From a virus (Duplodnaviria > Caudoviricetes), in the IMG/VR virus record IMGVR_UViG_3300012919_001792, positions 1 to 54,678 of that record: a DNA stretch of 54,678 nucleotides; one strand, written 5' to 3'. The translations under genes and the position numbers were made by a program. Every line of letters begins with the position of its first letter. The stretch's first letter is position 1. Below the pieces are notes generated by a model. That model saw only the letters and a program-made list of their open reading frames with translations. It was not told the DNA's origin and did not search any database. Of the stretch, positions 8,809-21,400 are shown piece after piece.

Positions 8809-11800
8809 TGGCACAGGGTATTAGACAGAACAGTTTATTTGCGGCTGAAGATTTTTCAGTACTATATGAAAGTTTTGCAAACAGCAATTTTAAAGCATAT
8901 GATTTTGACACCATTCGTACAGCAATGGTAAACTATGTGCAATCAACTTATCCAGAAGAATACAACGACTGGATACAGAGTTCTGAATTTGTAGCACTTA
9001 TGGATCTAGTAGCATACTTTGGACATAGTCTTGCATTTAGACTTGATTATGCTACACGTGAAAACTTTTTTGGTACAGCTACAAGACGTGAAAGTTTGAT
9101 TAGACAAAGTAATCTTTTGAACTATAAAATTAGAAGAAACTTGCCAGCTTTTGGACTAATGAAGATTACAGGAATAAGAACAAACGAAATAGTGTATGAT
9201 GTGAATGGAAATAATCTAGCCAATCAAAAGGTAAATTTTGAAAATGCAGATGAGTATGAAAATTTTATAACTGTGATAAATGCAGTTTTTCAATCCAGCA
9301 ATCCGTTTGGATCTCCTAGTAGTAGTCAAACAGTTGGCAGTGAAACTATTGATTTTTATAGACTTAACAGCACAGCAGGTCAAATTGTTTTTAAATTTAG
9401 TGCTACAGCAAACGGTGAATCAAGTAACTTTGAACTAGTAGGATTAAACTACAACAAGTTAAACGACATAGTTGAAGAAGCAACACCAAATCCAGCGGCA
9501 GGATTTGATATCATCTACAAAAACAACAACACAGGCATTGGTGGTGTTGACACAGGATTTTTTATGGGTGTCAAGCAAGGCACATTGAACAACGAAGACT
9601 TTGGAATTTCAAGTCCGGTTATCAATAAGATAATTGATATCAACACAGCAGATGTTAACGACACTGATGTATGGGTACAAAATGTAGACAACTCAGGAAC
9701 AGTTCTAACAAATTGGACTAGTTTAAGCAGTATCGTTGGAGCAAATGTTATCTACAACGCACTTACCAACGCTGACAGAAATATCTACAGTGTTGAAAGT
9801 AGAGCACAAAACGAAGTTAGCGTAAAGTTCAGTGATGGAAACTTTGGAAATATACCCAGCGGAATAATTAGAGTTTTTTACAGAACAAGCAAAGATGAAA
9901 CCTACACACTAAGAACAGTTGATGTAGGAACACAACAGATTAATATGAATTACACTGGAGCAGATGGAAATACATATTCTGCAACCATTGATGTAGAACT
10001 TAAACAAAACATTGGTACCGCCAGCAGTGCTGAAACCAATGATGATATAAGATTAAATGCACCACAAACATACAGTGCCCAGGATAGAATGGTGAGTGCT
10101 GAAGATTACACAGTGTTTCCATATACTGTAAGTAATAATGTTAGAAAAATTAAAGCACTGAATAGAACACACAGTGGACACAGCAGATTTACAGACAACA
10201 TTGATCCAACAGGCAACTATCAAGATGTTACACATTTTGGCAGTGATGGAATAATTTATAACAGTGGCGAGCTGAAAAGCAGTGAAATTACGCTACCAAC
10301 TAATATCAGTAATCTAGGTGTGATAGAACAGTACATAGAACCTTATCTACGTGATGCAGAACTAATAAACTTCTACTATACAAAATTTTCACCACTTACT
10401 TTTAACTATACAAAAGCAACCACCAGCAATGGAACAAATGCTTTTAAATGGCAAAATCAAAGCGGAAACACTGGTTATTTGATCAGTGGTGTTGCAAACA
10501 ATGTACAAAGAGTTGGCAACAGTTCTAGTGGCAATTTGAGATACTTTAAAACAGGTAGTTTGTGTGAATTCATAGTTGACACCAGCACAGACAAAAACTT
10601 TGTAGATGGAGAGATCAGCAGTATTGCAGTGGTAAATCAAGGCAGTGGATATACTTCGCCAACAGTTACTATAATTGGAGCAGGCACAGGTGCAACTGCC
10701 ACAGCTACATTGAGCGGCGGTGCCGTAACTGGTATCCAAGTAACAGCCGCAGGATCAGGCTATGATGAATTTACAGTAGCCCAGATTACAGATTCAGGAA
10801 GTGGATCTGGTTGTAGTTTGAAAGTCAATGTAGGCAATTTGTCTACAGTATGGGCTAGAGTTACAAATGTTGTTGTAGATGGTTTGGGTGTTAATGATAC
10901 CAATGGTAACAGCACAGGCATTACAGAAAGCGGACTTGGAAGTATTGTTCTCAACAAAGAAATTACAAACAATGCACGACTTAAAAGAGTTTGGCCAGTG
11001 TGGAACAGTAGATTTAGTGCAACTGAAAAAGCATCAATAAGCTCAGCGATAGCCTTGAATCAAAGTTTTGGTTTAAGATATGACACGCTGAACAGCAAAT
11101 GGATTGTTGTAACAACCAACAATATTCCAAGCAGTACAAAAACCAACAACGCTGTGGCTCAATGGAGTTTGACCAATGCAGGCAGTAATTCAAGCACCAA
11201 CAATGATCAAAGCTGGATCATCAGAGTAGATTATAGTTCAGCTAGGAGAAAATTTATTGCTAGAACAGTGCAGTATATATTTGAAACTGAAGGTAGTACA
11301 AAATTTTTCAACAGCAATGAAAGATTAAAACTTGATAGTATTACTGGTAAACCAAAACGCGATAACATAAAAATACTCAAGGTCAACAACAAGTCAGGAT
11401 CAAGCATAGCGAGGCTAGGCGAAGATTATGTGTTCTACTTTTATGGTAACTTTATAGAAAAAGATGGATTCAATGATCCCAAAAAAGTAAAACTAAGTTT
11501 GGGCAATCCAGATAACGGCGATCAGCCAGACATACCAGATTCATTCAGTTTGATAGTTGGAAGCGATACTATAAATCTTGGAACAGTAAAAGAAGAAGGG
11601 TATAATTATACTAGGTATTTGTCCACTGGTAGTACTAGTGTATCAGGTAGAGCAACACTAGATTTTAGATATCAGCATGTTGCCACAACAGATAAAAGAA
11701 TAGATCCATCAAGTGTAAATGTAATTGATCTTTTTGTGCTTACCAACAGCTATCACAATGATTTTACAAATTGGCTTAATAGCACATCAAAAACAAGTTC

Positions 11801-12419
11801 AAATAAACCACTGCAACCTAGCATTGATGATCTACGTAGGCAATTTGGCAGTTTAGAAAGCAAAAAAGGTGCAAGTGATACAATAGTTTATAGACCAGTA
11901 AAATACACAGTGTTGTTTGGCGACTTTGCAGACAACAGTTTGAAAGCCACATTTAGGATTGTAAAAGTACCAGGTACTACATTAACAGATACAGAAATAA
12001 AAAGTCAAGTGATAAATGCAATCAATGATTATTTTAGCCCAACTAGATGGGAATTTGGCGAAACATTTTATTTCACTGAATTAAGTGCATATATACATCA
12101 ACAACTAGCAGGAAGTGTTGCAAGTTTTGTTATCGTTCCACAGGATACACAAAGCACATTTGGTAGTTTGTTTCAAATTACTAGTGCTAGTGATGAATTG
12201 TTTATAAGTGGTGCAACTACTGCCGAAGTTGAAATAGTTGAAAATCTTACACGTAGTAATTTACAAAGCACTTCAAGTGGTAGTTTTATAAACAGTGCAG
12301 GTTCAACAGGTACATCAACAGGATTGTACAGTACTACCAGTGGTGGTTCAAGTCTAGGCGGCGGTGGAGCCGGCGGAGGCGGAGGCGGATCTGGTGGCGG
12401 TGGCTACGGAGGTTATTAA
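8808..12419 (+). CDS. gp6: Baseplate wedge subunit (T4 gp6-like) with Gly-rich C-terminal tail
   Basis: YDFDTIR, DLVAYFGHSLAF...ENFFGTATRRES, VKFSDGNFGNIP, ETNDDIRLNAP...QDRMVSAEDY; follows gp25. Confidence 0.85.
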   Translation: MAQGIRQNSLFAAEDFSVLYESFANSNFKAYDFDTIRTAMVNYVQSTYPEEYNDWIQSSEFVALMDLVAYFGHSLAFRLDYATRENFFGTATRRESLIRQSNLLNYKIRRNLPAFGLMKITGIRTNEIVYDVNGNNLANQKVNFENADEYENFITVINAVFQSSNPFGSPSSSQTVGSETIDFYRLNSTAGQIVFKFSATANGESSNFELVGLNYNKLNDIVEEATPNPAAGFDIIYKNNNTGIGGVDTGFFMGVKQGTLNNEDFGISSPVINKIIDINTADVNDTDVWVQNVDNSGTVLTNWTSLSSIVGANVIYNALTNADRNIYSVESRAQNEVSVKFSDGNFGNIPSGIIRVFYRTSKDETYTLRTVDVGTQQINMNYTGADGNTYSATIDVELKQNIGTASSAETNDDIRLNAPQTYSAQDRMVSAEDYTVFPYTVSNNVRKIKALNRTHSGHSRFTDNIDPTGNYQDVTHFGSDGIIYNSGELKSSEITLPTNISNLGVIEQYIEPYLRDAELINFYYTKFSPLTFNYTKATTSNGTNAFKWQNQSGNTGYLISGVANNVQRVGNSSSGNLRYFKTGSLCEFIVDTSTDKNFVDGEISSIAVVNQGSGYTSPTVTIIGAGTGATATATLSGGAVTGIQVTAAGSGYDEFTVAQITDSGSGSGCSLKVNVGNLSTVWARVTNVVVDGLGVNDTNGNSTGITESGLGSIVLNKEITNNARLKRVWPVWNSRFSATEKASISSAIALNQSFGLRYDTLNSKWIVVTTNNIPSSTKTNNAVAQWSLTNAGSNSSTNNDQSWIIRVDYSSARRKFIARTVQYIFETEGSTKFFNSNERLKLDSITGKPKRDNIKILKVNNKSGSSIARLGEDYVFYFYGNFIEKDGFNDPKKVKLSLGNPDNGDQPDIPDSFSLIVGSDTINLGTVKEEGYNYTRYLSTGSTSVSGRATLDFRYQHVATTDKRIDPSSVNVIDLFVLTNSYHNDFTNWLNSTSKTSSNKPLQPSIDDLRRQFGSLESKKGASDTIVYRPVKYTVLFGDFADNSLKATFRIVKVPGTTLTDTEIKSQVINAINDYFSPTRWEFGETFYFTELSAYIHQQLAGSVASFVIVPQDTQSTFGSLFQITSASDELFISGATTAEVEIVENLTRSNLQSTSSGSFINSAGSTGTSTGLYSTTSGGSSLGGGGAGGGGGGSGGGGYGGY

Positions 12420-15400
12420 TGGCTGAAGACTATAGCACTAAAAACGTTAAAGGTCAATTACCTGGCAACCAGCCTGGTAAAATTAGAAAAGTAGAAAAAG
12501 TTAAAACTAACGAGTATCTACCACAGTATCTCAATACACCTGTTAATAAAAAGTTTTTACAAAGCACTCTTGATGCTATGATTAGTAAAAGCAATCTTGA
12601 AACTGTTGACAACTATGTTGGCAAAATCAAAGGTGGTTGGTATGATGACAATAAAGATTTTTTGATTGGAACCAAAGATACTGATAAAAGATACTACAAC
12701 GGACAACCAGGTTATGTTGTAAAAGATGCAGACAATAGTATAATTGATATTACAACAGTTGATGATTTTTTTATCAATCAAAAAAATGTGCTTGGATATA
12801 CAGGACCAAAACCAAACACAGCAATCTTTAATTATACATATTCTCCACCAATAGACTACGATATGTTTGTGAATTTTACGAACTACTATTGGGTCAAAGA
12901 TGATTTACCATGCATCAATGTTAAACCAAGTGCACCATTTGATCCAGACACAATGGTAGGACAAACAAGATTCAGTTTAGCAACCAGTGATTTAGGAACT
13001 ATTGATTTTCTAAATGGCTTTAAAATTAAATTTGCTCCTAATGCCACACAAAACTTTACAGGAGATAATACAACTACAGCATTTACAACAACTGTAAATC
13101 AATCAGTATATCCATTGAATATTATTATTGTTAATGGTACACGACAAACCACAGGATTCACTTACACTGGCACAACTTTAACATTTAGTTCAGCACCTGC
13201 CACAGACGCAGTAATTGAAGTGTTACATTTCAACATGAGCGATATTAACTATTACGCAAACACTTACATTGTAAACAATGTAGGAAGAAGTATTGAACTG
13301 CTACAACTAGAAGATGAACAAGGTAGAACAATTCTAAGTAGAAAAATGTTGTATTCACCTCATCAACCAAGTGGCTTTGATATGGATCCCCATGATAGTC
13401 ACCCATATGATTACACACAAGTAGAAAATAGATTACAAGACTACGTGTTGATGGAACCTGGTTCATTAGATCAAAATGCATGGAGCAGGAAAAATCAATG
13501 GTATCATTATAATGCTATCGTAAGTGCATGTACCATTACAGGCACTGAATTAACCAGTATAGCCAACGATGAGACTCGAGCAAGAAGACCAATTTTACAA
13601 TTTGAAAAAGATATAATTCTTTACAACTATGGAAAGCAACCAGGCTCAGGCACTGAAAAATTTCCACTGCACAAATTTAATGTAGACTTTGTGACAAAAA
13701 GATTTACAGGAACAGACATCATTGGTCAAGCAAATTATAATCTTCTTCAAAATGTTTTAGCATGGAGCGCCAGTACACAATATAATATTGGTGATATTGT
13801 CAAAAAGACAGTAGGAACAAGCAGTTGGTATTTTGAAGCAAAAGTTCCAAACATAGGTCAAGATCCATTGGATGCTGACTTGGTGGTTGATACAGTAAAT
13901 TGGCAACGAGTATATGATTCAGGAATACAGAATGGCGATAGAATAATTTTTATAGGCACAGGTAACACAACCTATGACAACAAAATATTTGAGGTCAGTG
14001 GTGCTGGTAGTTCTATTTCACTAACACAAAAATTAAATCCTGCACTCAATGATAAAATACATACCATACAAGGTCCAAACTTTCCAAACAATTATAACGG
14101 AGCTGATATAGTCTGGCATGATGATCAATGGAACTTCCCACAACAAAAACTCAGCAAGGGTCAAGCACCACTGTTTGATTTGTATGATGAAAATCAAGCA
14201 GAAATAGACACAACATATTCTAATTCAGATTTTGAAGGCAGTACATTAATGAATTACGTGATTAATTCTGCAACCACAGTAGACAATGAATTAGGTTTCA
14301 AGGCACAATATAAAACTGATGCAGGAAGCAGTGAACTTGTTTTTGAACATCCGTTGCAAAGCAAAAGATACAATTATGATTTGAATTCTACACCCAAAGA
14401 AATTAGAGGTATATATCATTATGCAAAACGCACAGACTCAACTACAGATGCAAAATTACTCTATGGTCCTCACAGAAGACAATTTAATTTGAATAGGACA
14501 ATTTATGCAAGTGAAACTGCAATAGCTCCAACCAGTGGTGTTGTAACTATTCCTGTTGGATCAGATCACATAAAAAAAGAAAGCAGTATTTGGTATTTTG
14601 AATATTCATCACAAGGACATTGGGTAGTAAGAGAACAGCATCAAGACAATCCTATATATATTGAACAAATCCCTACACGGAATCCAGATATCTACATGTA
14701 TGCTGGACAAACTGCTACAATTAATAAAGATTATATTTCTACAGAAACTGATTTAAGTTTTGTTAAAGAACTAGACGGTGTAACTGCGGCTCCTGGCGTA
14801 ACAGTGACAGACAACGGTGATACTTTGAGCGTAGCCATAGCAAGCTCAGGATACGATCCTGTATTCCTATACAAGGCAACTGGTGCTGGATCAGGAGCTA
14901 GTGGAAAGATTTATGTAGTGCCTGAAGACACAGGCTATGCTGGAAATCTCAACAGTGTTATACATCATATTCACACAGTCACAAAAAATGGAACCAGAGT
15001 TGAAAACTACACACTAGGTGCAACAACCACAACACTAACAGGTCTAACCAAAGGCGATGTTATTGAACTACGCTATTTGCCAACTGGAGACAAGCAATCT
15101 ACCAGTCAATGGTCAACTGGTGTGCATTTCAAAAACAATCCGCTAGGACAGGATCTTGGACAACACACACATGCTGATCTTAGAGATCACTTTTCAAACA
15201 AAATGACCAGTCTTCCAGGACAGTATGCAAGTAGTATAGGTGTCAGCGACTATTATTTGAGCAGTAAAGATCATCAGTATGGTGGTACTATACTGTCTTC
15301 TTCATACAATGCACTGCCTTTTTATATCAAAGATGACAGTAAAAATGTGATTACTCACATACGAAGTATGATGAATGACTATGATAGATTTAAAAAACAA

Positions 15401-18400
15401 TTGGTCAACAAAGCTCAACAGGTGCATAACACAAACAATTTTACCACTACTAGAGAACTGTTCAATGAAACTATGCGACAGTTGAACATTGGAAAAGATA
15501 GCAGTTTTAAATACGCAACATCTGGAATGTGTCATTGGTCAAATGCTACAACTGAAACCTTTACAATTTCAGATACCACACAGGTTTTTACACTTGCAAA
15601 CAGTGAGTCAAATGACAAAATACACACAAAATCAAACGATCATGTTTATGTGTATTTGAAAGACTATGATAGTACAGAGACTAGATATATTCAAAAACTT
15701 TTAGTAAGAGGCAAAGATTATACTCTAAATGGCAATCAGCTTACCTTGGATACTTCAGCTAATTTAAATAATAATGTGCCAGCTGTTCTCACTGTAGATC
15801 ACTACAGCAGATGGACCAACAGTTTTGTGCCATGGACAGTTTCAAAGTTATACTTCAAACCAGAAATTCGGCCTAATAGAATTGGCACTACTCTGCTATG
15901 CCACGATGGTGCTCAACACACAGTAGACACCACAGATAATCTACATGAACCAGATAAAAATTTATTCCATTTAGAAACAGCTATACTCACAGAACTTGAA
16001 AACAGAGTATATAATGGATTTGCACACACAAAAAATTGGTTCAACAGCACAGAATTCTATCCACGCATTGAAGCTATCAAAGAGAAATATGGAGCAGGTG
16101 ATAGAGAACACTGGGTCAAAGGCTATAGAGCAGTGTTTGATTATTGGATAGAAAGCAACAACAAAGCGTATCCAAGTCTGGCAAACACTGGCGTTGCAAA
16201 CTTTAGCAATCAAACTGATGCCAATGGAGTAACGTTGCCTGGTACTCAAGCAGAAGTATTAAAATACCTAACAGGAACTGAAACTCCTCATACCACTCCA
16301 TGGGAAATGCTTGGCTACTTTGAAAAACCATTTTTCTGGGATACCTACTATGATTGGCGTAGCACAGCTAACGGCGGCTCAGATGCTAAACGTACACAAC
16401 TGTTAAATGATCTCAAGCTAGGAAGAAAACAAAATCCTGCCGCTCCAAGACCAAATGGATTTAAACTTTACAGTGTAAAAATAGATATAGGCAGTGTAGT
16501 GAATGATGCTGGTGCTTTAGTAGATATTGTTACTGCTGGCATTGTTTCAGCAGGTGACGTGACAAAAGATTTTGTGATTGGTGATGGCACTTCAGCTGAA
16601 GATGAATTCAAAAAGTCCAGTGCATACAATTTTGCAATAGTAGAAGCAGGTTTAAGAAATGCACCATTGACATATTGGCTTGAATTTGACAATCCATCAG
16701 CATTTGATACAATCAGTGCTGGTGTGGATGTAGCTTTCATTAATGTAATGACACGTAGAATACCAACAATTACAGATCCAGTTTACGGAAGTATGATAGC
16801 AAATGGAACAATAGATACAATCTCTGTTACAAATCAAGGATCATCCTACAGTAGCTCACCTACTGTTACAATAACTGGTGATGGATCAGGTGCCACAGCT
16901 GAAGCTATAGTAGTAAACAATAAAATTGTTGATATCAAAATTACAGCTGGTGGATATGGTTACACCAATGCTGGAGTAACAATTACAGATACAACTGGAT
17001 ATTTTGCAGAAGCAACAGTGAATTTAAAATATAATCAAATGTACAAAACAACTGGCTTTCAAGCCATGGCTTGGTTGTACAACACCTACAATAAAACTGG
17101 TATAGACTTGCATGCAAGAAATCAAAAAACTACCAGTCAACCAATTATCAATATTGAAGGTTATACTTCAAAAAATCTTATTAAGGTACGCACACTAGGA
17201 AACAGTGCAAAAGCACCATTCGTATTGCAGGACAATGATTTAAGTATTGTACTACAAAAAAGTGCAACAAAAGTTAAGTTTAATTTTAGTGCGGTAAAAA
17301 TTAAGAAAGTAAGTGCAGGCTATGAAGTTGATGGCTTTGAAATAGACAACAAATATTTCAACTACATTCAATCACTTCAAGGCGGAACGAAGACTATTAC
17401 ACAAAGCGGTCAAAGTGTTACAATTTACAGCAACTATGATGCACAACAAGATGCTAGTGAAGTTGCATATGGCACAACCTATAACGACTTAACTGAACTG
17501 TCAAACTTTTTAGCTGGCAGAACTGAGTACATGAAAACAAAAGGATTACAAACTTTTGAATATGATGCTGTGATTAGAGAAATGCTAGAGTGGGCCAGCT
17601 CAGCGGCGATCAATGATGTACACTTTGCCTTTGGAAAGAAAGAATTGCTGTTCAAAGATAGCCTTGATAGGTTTGTGGACAGCGTGTATACAACAAACAA
17701 CACAGTATTGGTTGAGGATAGAACAGAAACACTGTTGACACGTGAGTGTGGACTTTCTAATTTAAAAGCAACTAGAAATGATGAAGGTGCTAAAATCTTT
17801 ACCAATGATAGTTCTGCAATGCTTAGAATGACAGTGCATTTTGTACAGTATGAACACGTACTCGTACTAGAAAATAAAACACTGTTCAATGATGATGTGC
17901 ATAGACCTGATATTGCAATGAGTTTTGATACCTATAAACTTGAAGGTAGAAGAACAACAAGCTGGACTGGAGCACCTACCACAGACGGTTATATTGTTGA
18001 ACGTGGAGGAATACGAAACAATTTTGAAAGCAGTGTTAGAGAAGTTGAAGATGATTACTTTGTTATTGATAGTAACGCAGTGAACACAGAAAAAAGAAAG
18101 ATTGCTCAAACCAGCATTGGATATAATAAACCAAGTTGGGCTGACACCTTACCTATAAGTGAAGACAATAGTTTTGATTACTATCGTGCTTCTATTCAAA
18201 CCAAAGGTTCAAAAGAAAATCTTAAAGCACTAGCACGACATCAAGAAGTTGTAGATCCAACCACTGATAGTTTTGAAATTGATGAACAATGGTTGTTTAA
18301 AACCAGTGACTTTGCGGCCAATAATAGAAATTACATAGAAATGGAATTCAACGAAAATCTTGTCAAAGTCAATCCGCAAGGTGTTAAAATTGCAAGCGAT

Positions 18401-21400
18401 GGAAATGCAGACAGTTTACTTGACGATATTATTACAATACAAAAAAATGATAAAAGATTAATAACTCCACTAGCAACTACAAACCAATTTAGTTTGGGTA
18501 ATGATTACTATCATCAGGATGAAAGTACATTCAGTGAATTTGATAGTTGGTTAAAAAATGCAGGATATCCTCTCACATCAGAGATTGATGAACAAGCACT
18601 AACAATAAATGATATTCCAGCCTTGTATGATAGTACAAAAGATTACGCAACAATATTGGCATGGGATGATACCACAAGTTATAAACAAGGTGATAAAGTA
18701 AGATACCAAGACAAGGTGTATCAAGCATCTGTGGCTTCAACTGGTTTTCAAACTACAACCAATCCTATTACTTGGAATGGTACTGTAAACAATCCTGTTA
18801 TTCTTCCTGGTAATAGTTTAGTGATTGATGGAAACACTGTTAATCTTGTAAACACAGTTACCACTACAACACTCAATAATATTGTAATTGATTCAGTAGC
18901 AAATCCAGTGGTAAATGGTGGTGATACACTAGTAATTGATGGCACAAGTATTACATTTGTTAAAAGTTCAACAACAACCAGCTATCCAGATTTTGCAGTG
19001 GCTGGTAGTACGGTAAATCCAACTATTGTAGGCAGTGCCACAAAGACATTAATCATCGCAGGTGTTACTGTAAGTTTTGACGAAACTGAAGCAACTACAG
19101 TTAACAGAGATTGGACTTATTGTGTTGGAGATCAAATGACCAGTGCCTCTGTTTCAAGTGTAACAGCCGCAGATAGAATAACAGCTTGGACAAACTTAAG
19201 AGCATCATTGCAGAGTGTATACGGAAATGCTACAACTAGAACAAAACTTGATACTTACTTGAACTCCAGTGAAGCAGGTTTTGATACCAGTGTGCTGGTT
19301 ACTGAACATGGAGCAACTTCTAACGCTACACTACAAGGACATATACTTACATTCCTTACACAAGATGTAACAATAATAAATGAAAAGGCAGGCACTAGTT
19401 ATGTAACTGCTGATGTGCTTAATGGTTCAACACCAGTAAATGCCAGTGATGAAACTACTACTCAAACAGCATTCAATCTAAGCACATACACAGACGATAT
19501 ACACAACTGGCTTACTAACTCAGCAAATGACAGTACAGTAATAGCAGGTGGTATTATTGTTATGAGCGAAGCAGGAACACAGTACAAAACATATTCTGCT
19601 TCAGAAATTGTAAGCAGAATTACTGCCGCATCTATAACAAATGTTACTGCAAGTTTGGTAAGCAATCAACTTACTCTTACAAGAGGTGGTAGAACAGCCA
19701 GTGATAAGGATCTGACTATTGGAGCCGGTACTGCCAATGCAGAAGTTGACAACGCTGGTACTACATTTCCTGCAAGTGGATCAATTACACACACAGGTAC
19801 TGATACAACCACTACTAGCAACACTGCTCAATTAACAAACGCAGATATTGTTGATCAAATCAACACAGTTGGAATAAGCAACATAGGTGTTGTATTGAAT
19901 GGAAATCAAATTAGACTTACAAAAAGTCCAACATCACTGTCACCAACTTTGACACTGGATGGAACAGCTATCAGTGATTTAGGTGGCGGATTTACAATTG
20001 GTATTATACCAAGCACCAGTACTACAAGTTCTGCAAGTGCAAGTTTGAGCGTTGGCTTGGTAGCACAAAAAATAAATGATGCTGGTTTGACAAATGTTAC
20101 AGCCGCGGTAGTCAACAATAGAATTGTTATCACAAGTTTGAATAATTCAGGTATTATTGCAAATACACAGGCCGCTCTTGATTTGGGTATCAACACAAAT
20201 ATTCTAGGCGTTACTAGAAATGCTACAACTTCAACTGGAGTCAATACTTTTAATTCTTCAAACTGGACTGAAATAGATGAACCATTGTTGGAGTATATTT
20301 GGGTAGCTGATGATAATGAATTAGGTTACACCACAATAGATTCTATTACTGCAAAATTTAATGGCTGGAATGTATTCAAAGTTATGGACTTTGATATGTA
20401 TGCTAGTAAAATTTGTGCGGCAACTACCACCGGCGAAGGAAACGATGCTGAAGTACAATGTAATAAAGCACATAATTTACAAAAAGGTGACATAGTTTTA
20501 CTTTTAAATACAGATTGTAAACCTGCAATAGATGGATTTCATACAGTATCAGGAACTGATACTGCCAGCACTGCAAAGTTTTTTATCAATGAATACATTG
20601 ATCAAGATGCCAGCTTTGCAAAAGTTTTAGTACTTCGTCCTGTACGTTTTTCAACAGATAATCAGCGTAACAGTGCATTGTCTAGTTCATCGTACAATTT
20701 TGCACAGTTGGACAGAATATGGGTTGATGGTACAAAAGATACTGGATTTAAAGTTTACACAAAAGATGACACAGCTACATGGACAATTCTACGTAGCCAA
20801 GGCGATTATCATGTTTCGCCAACAACTATACAAAGCAGTAAATTACACAATAATGTAACAACCATTGCCAATGCTGAAGCATATGATCCTTTTAAGGGCA
20901 TAGTGCCTGGTATTGCAGATTTAGAAATTGACTACAGATCAATCAATGATCCTGCAATATATACAGCAAGCACAGATACCACCGCACAAGTAAATCAACA
21001 GCAGGCATGGGGTAGTGATCATGTTGGCGAAGTTTGGTGGGATACCAAAAAAGCAATCTATATAGACTATGAACAAAGTACCACAGAATACAGAACACAG
21101 AATTGGGGCAAACTTTTCAAAGGTGGTCAAATTGACGTATACGAATGGACAAAAAGTGACGTTGCGCCTGATCAATATGCTACAAGTGTTGAAGGCGGTA
21201 AAGTTATTAACGGAGTAGAACTGACTGGTGAAGCGTTGAAAATAGTTGACAGTTTTGGAAATGATATATACTATTACACAGAAGTTGATGAGTACGACAG
21301 TACTATTGGTAGCAATGTTACCTACTATTACTTTTGGGTTAAAAACAAAACTTCAATTCCATTAGGTACAAAAAGAATAAGTTCAGTGTTGAACATTGCA

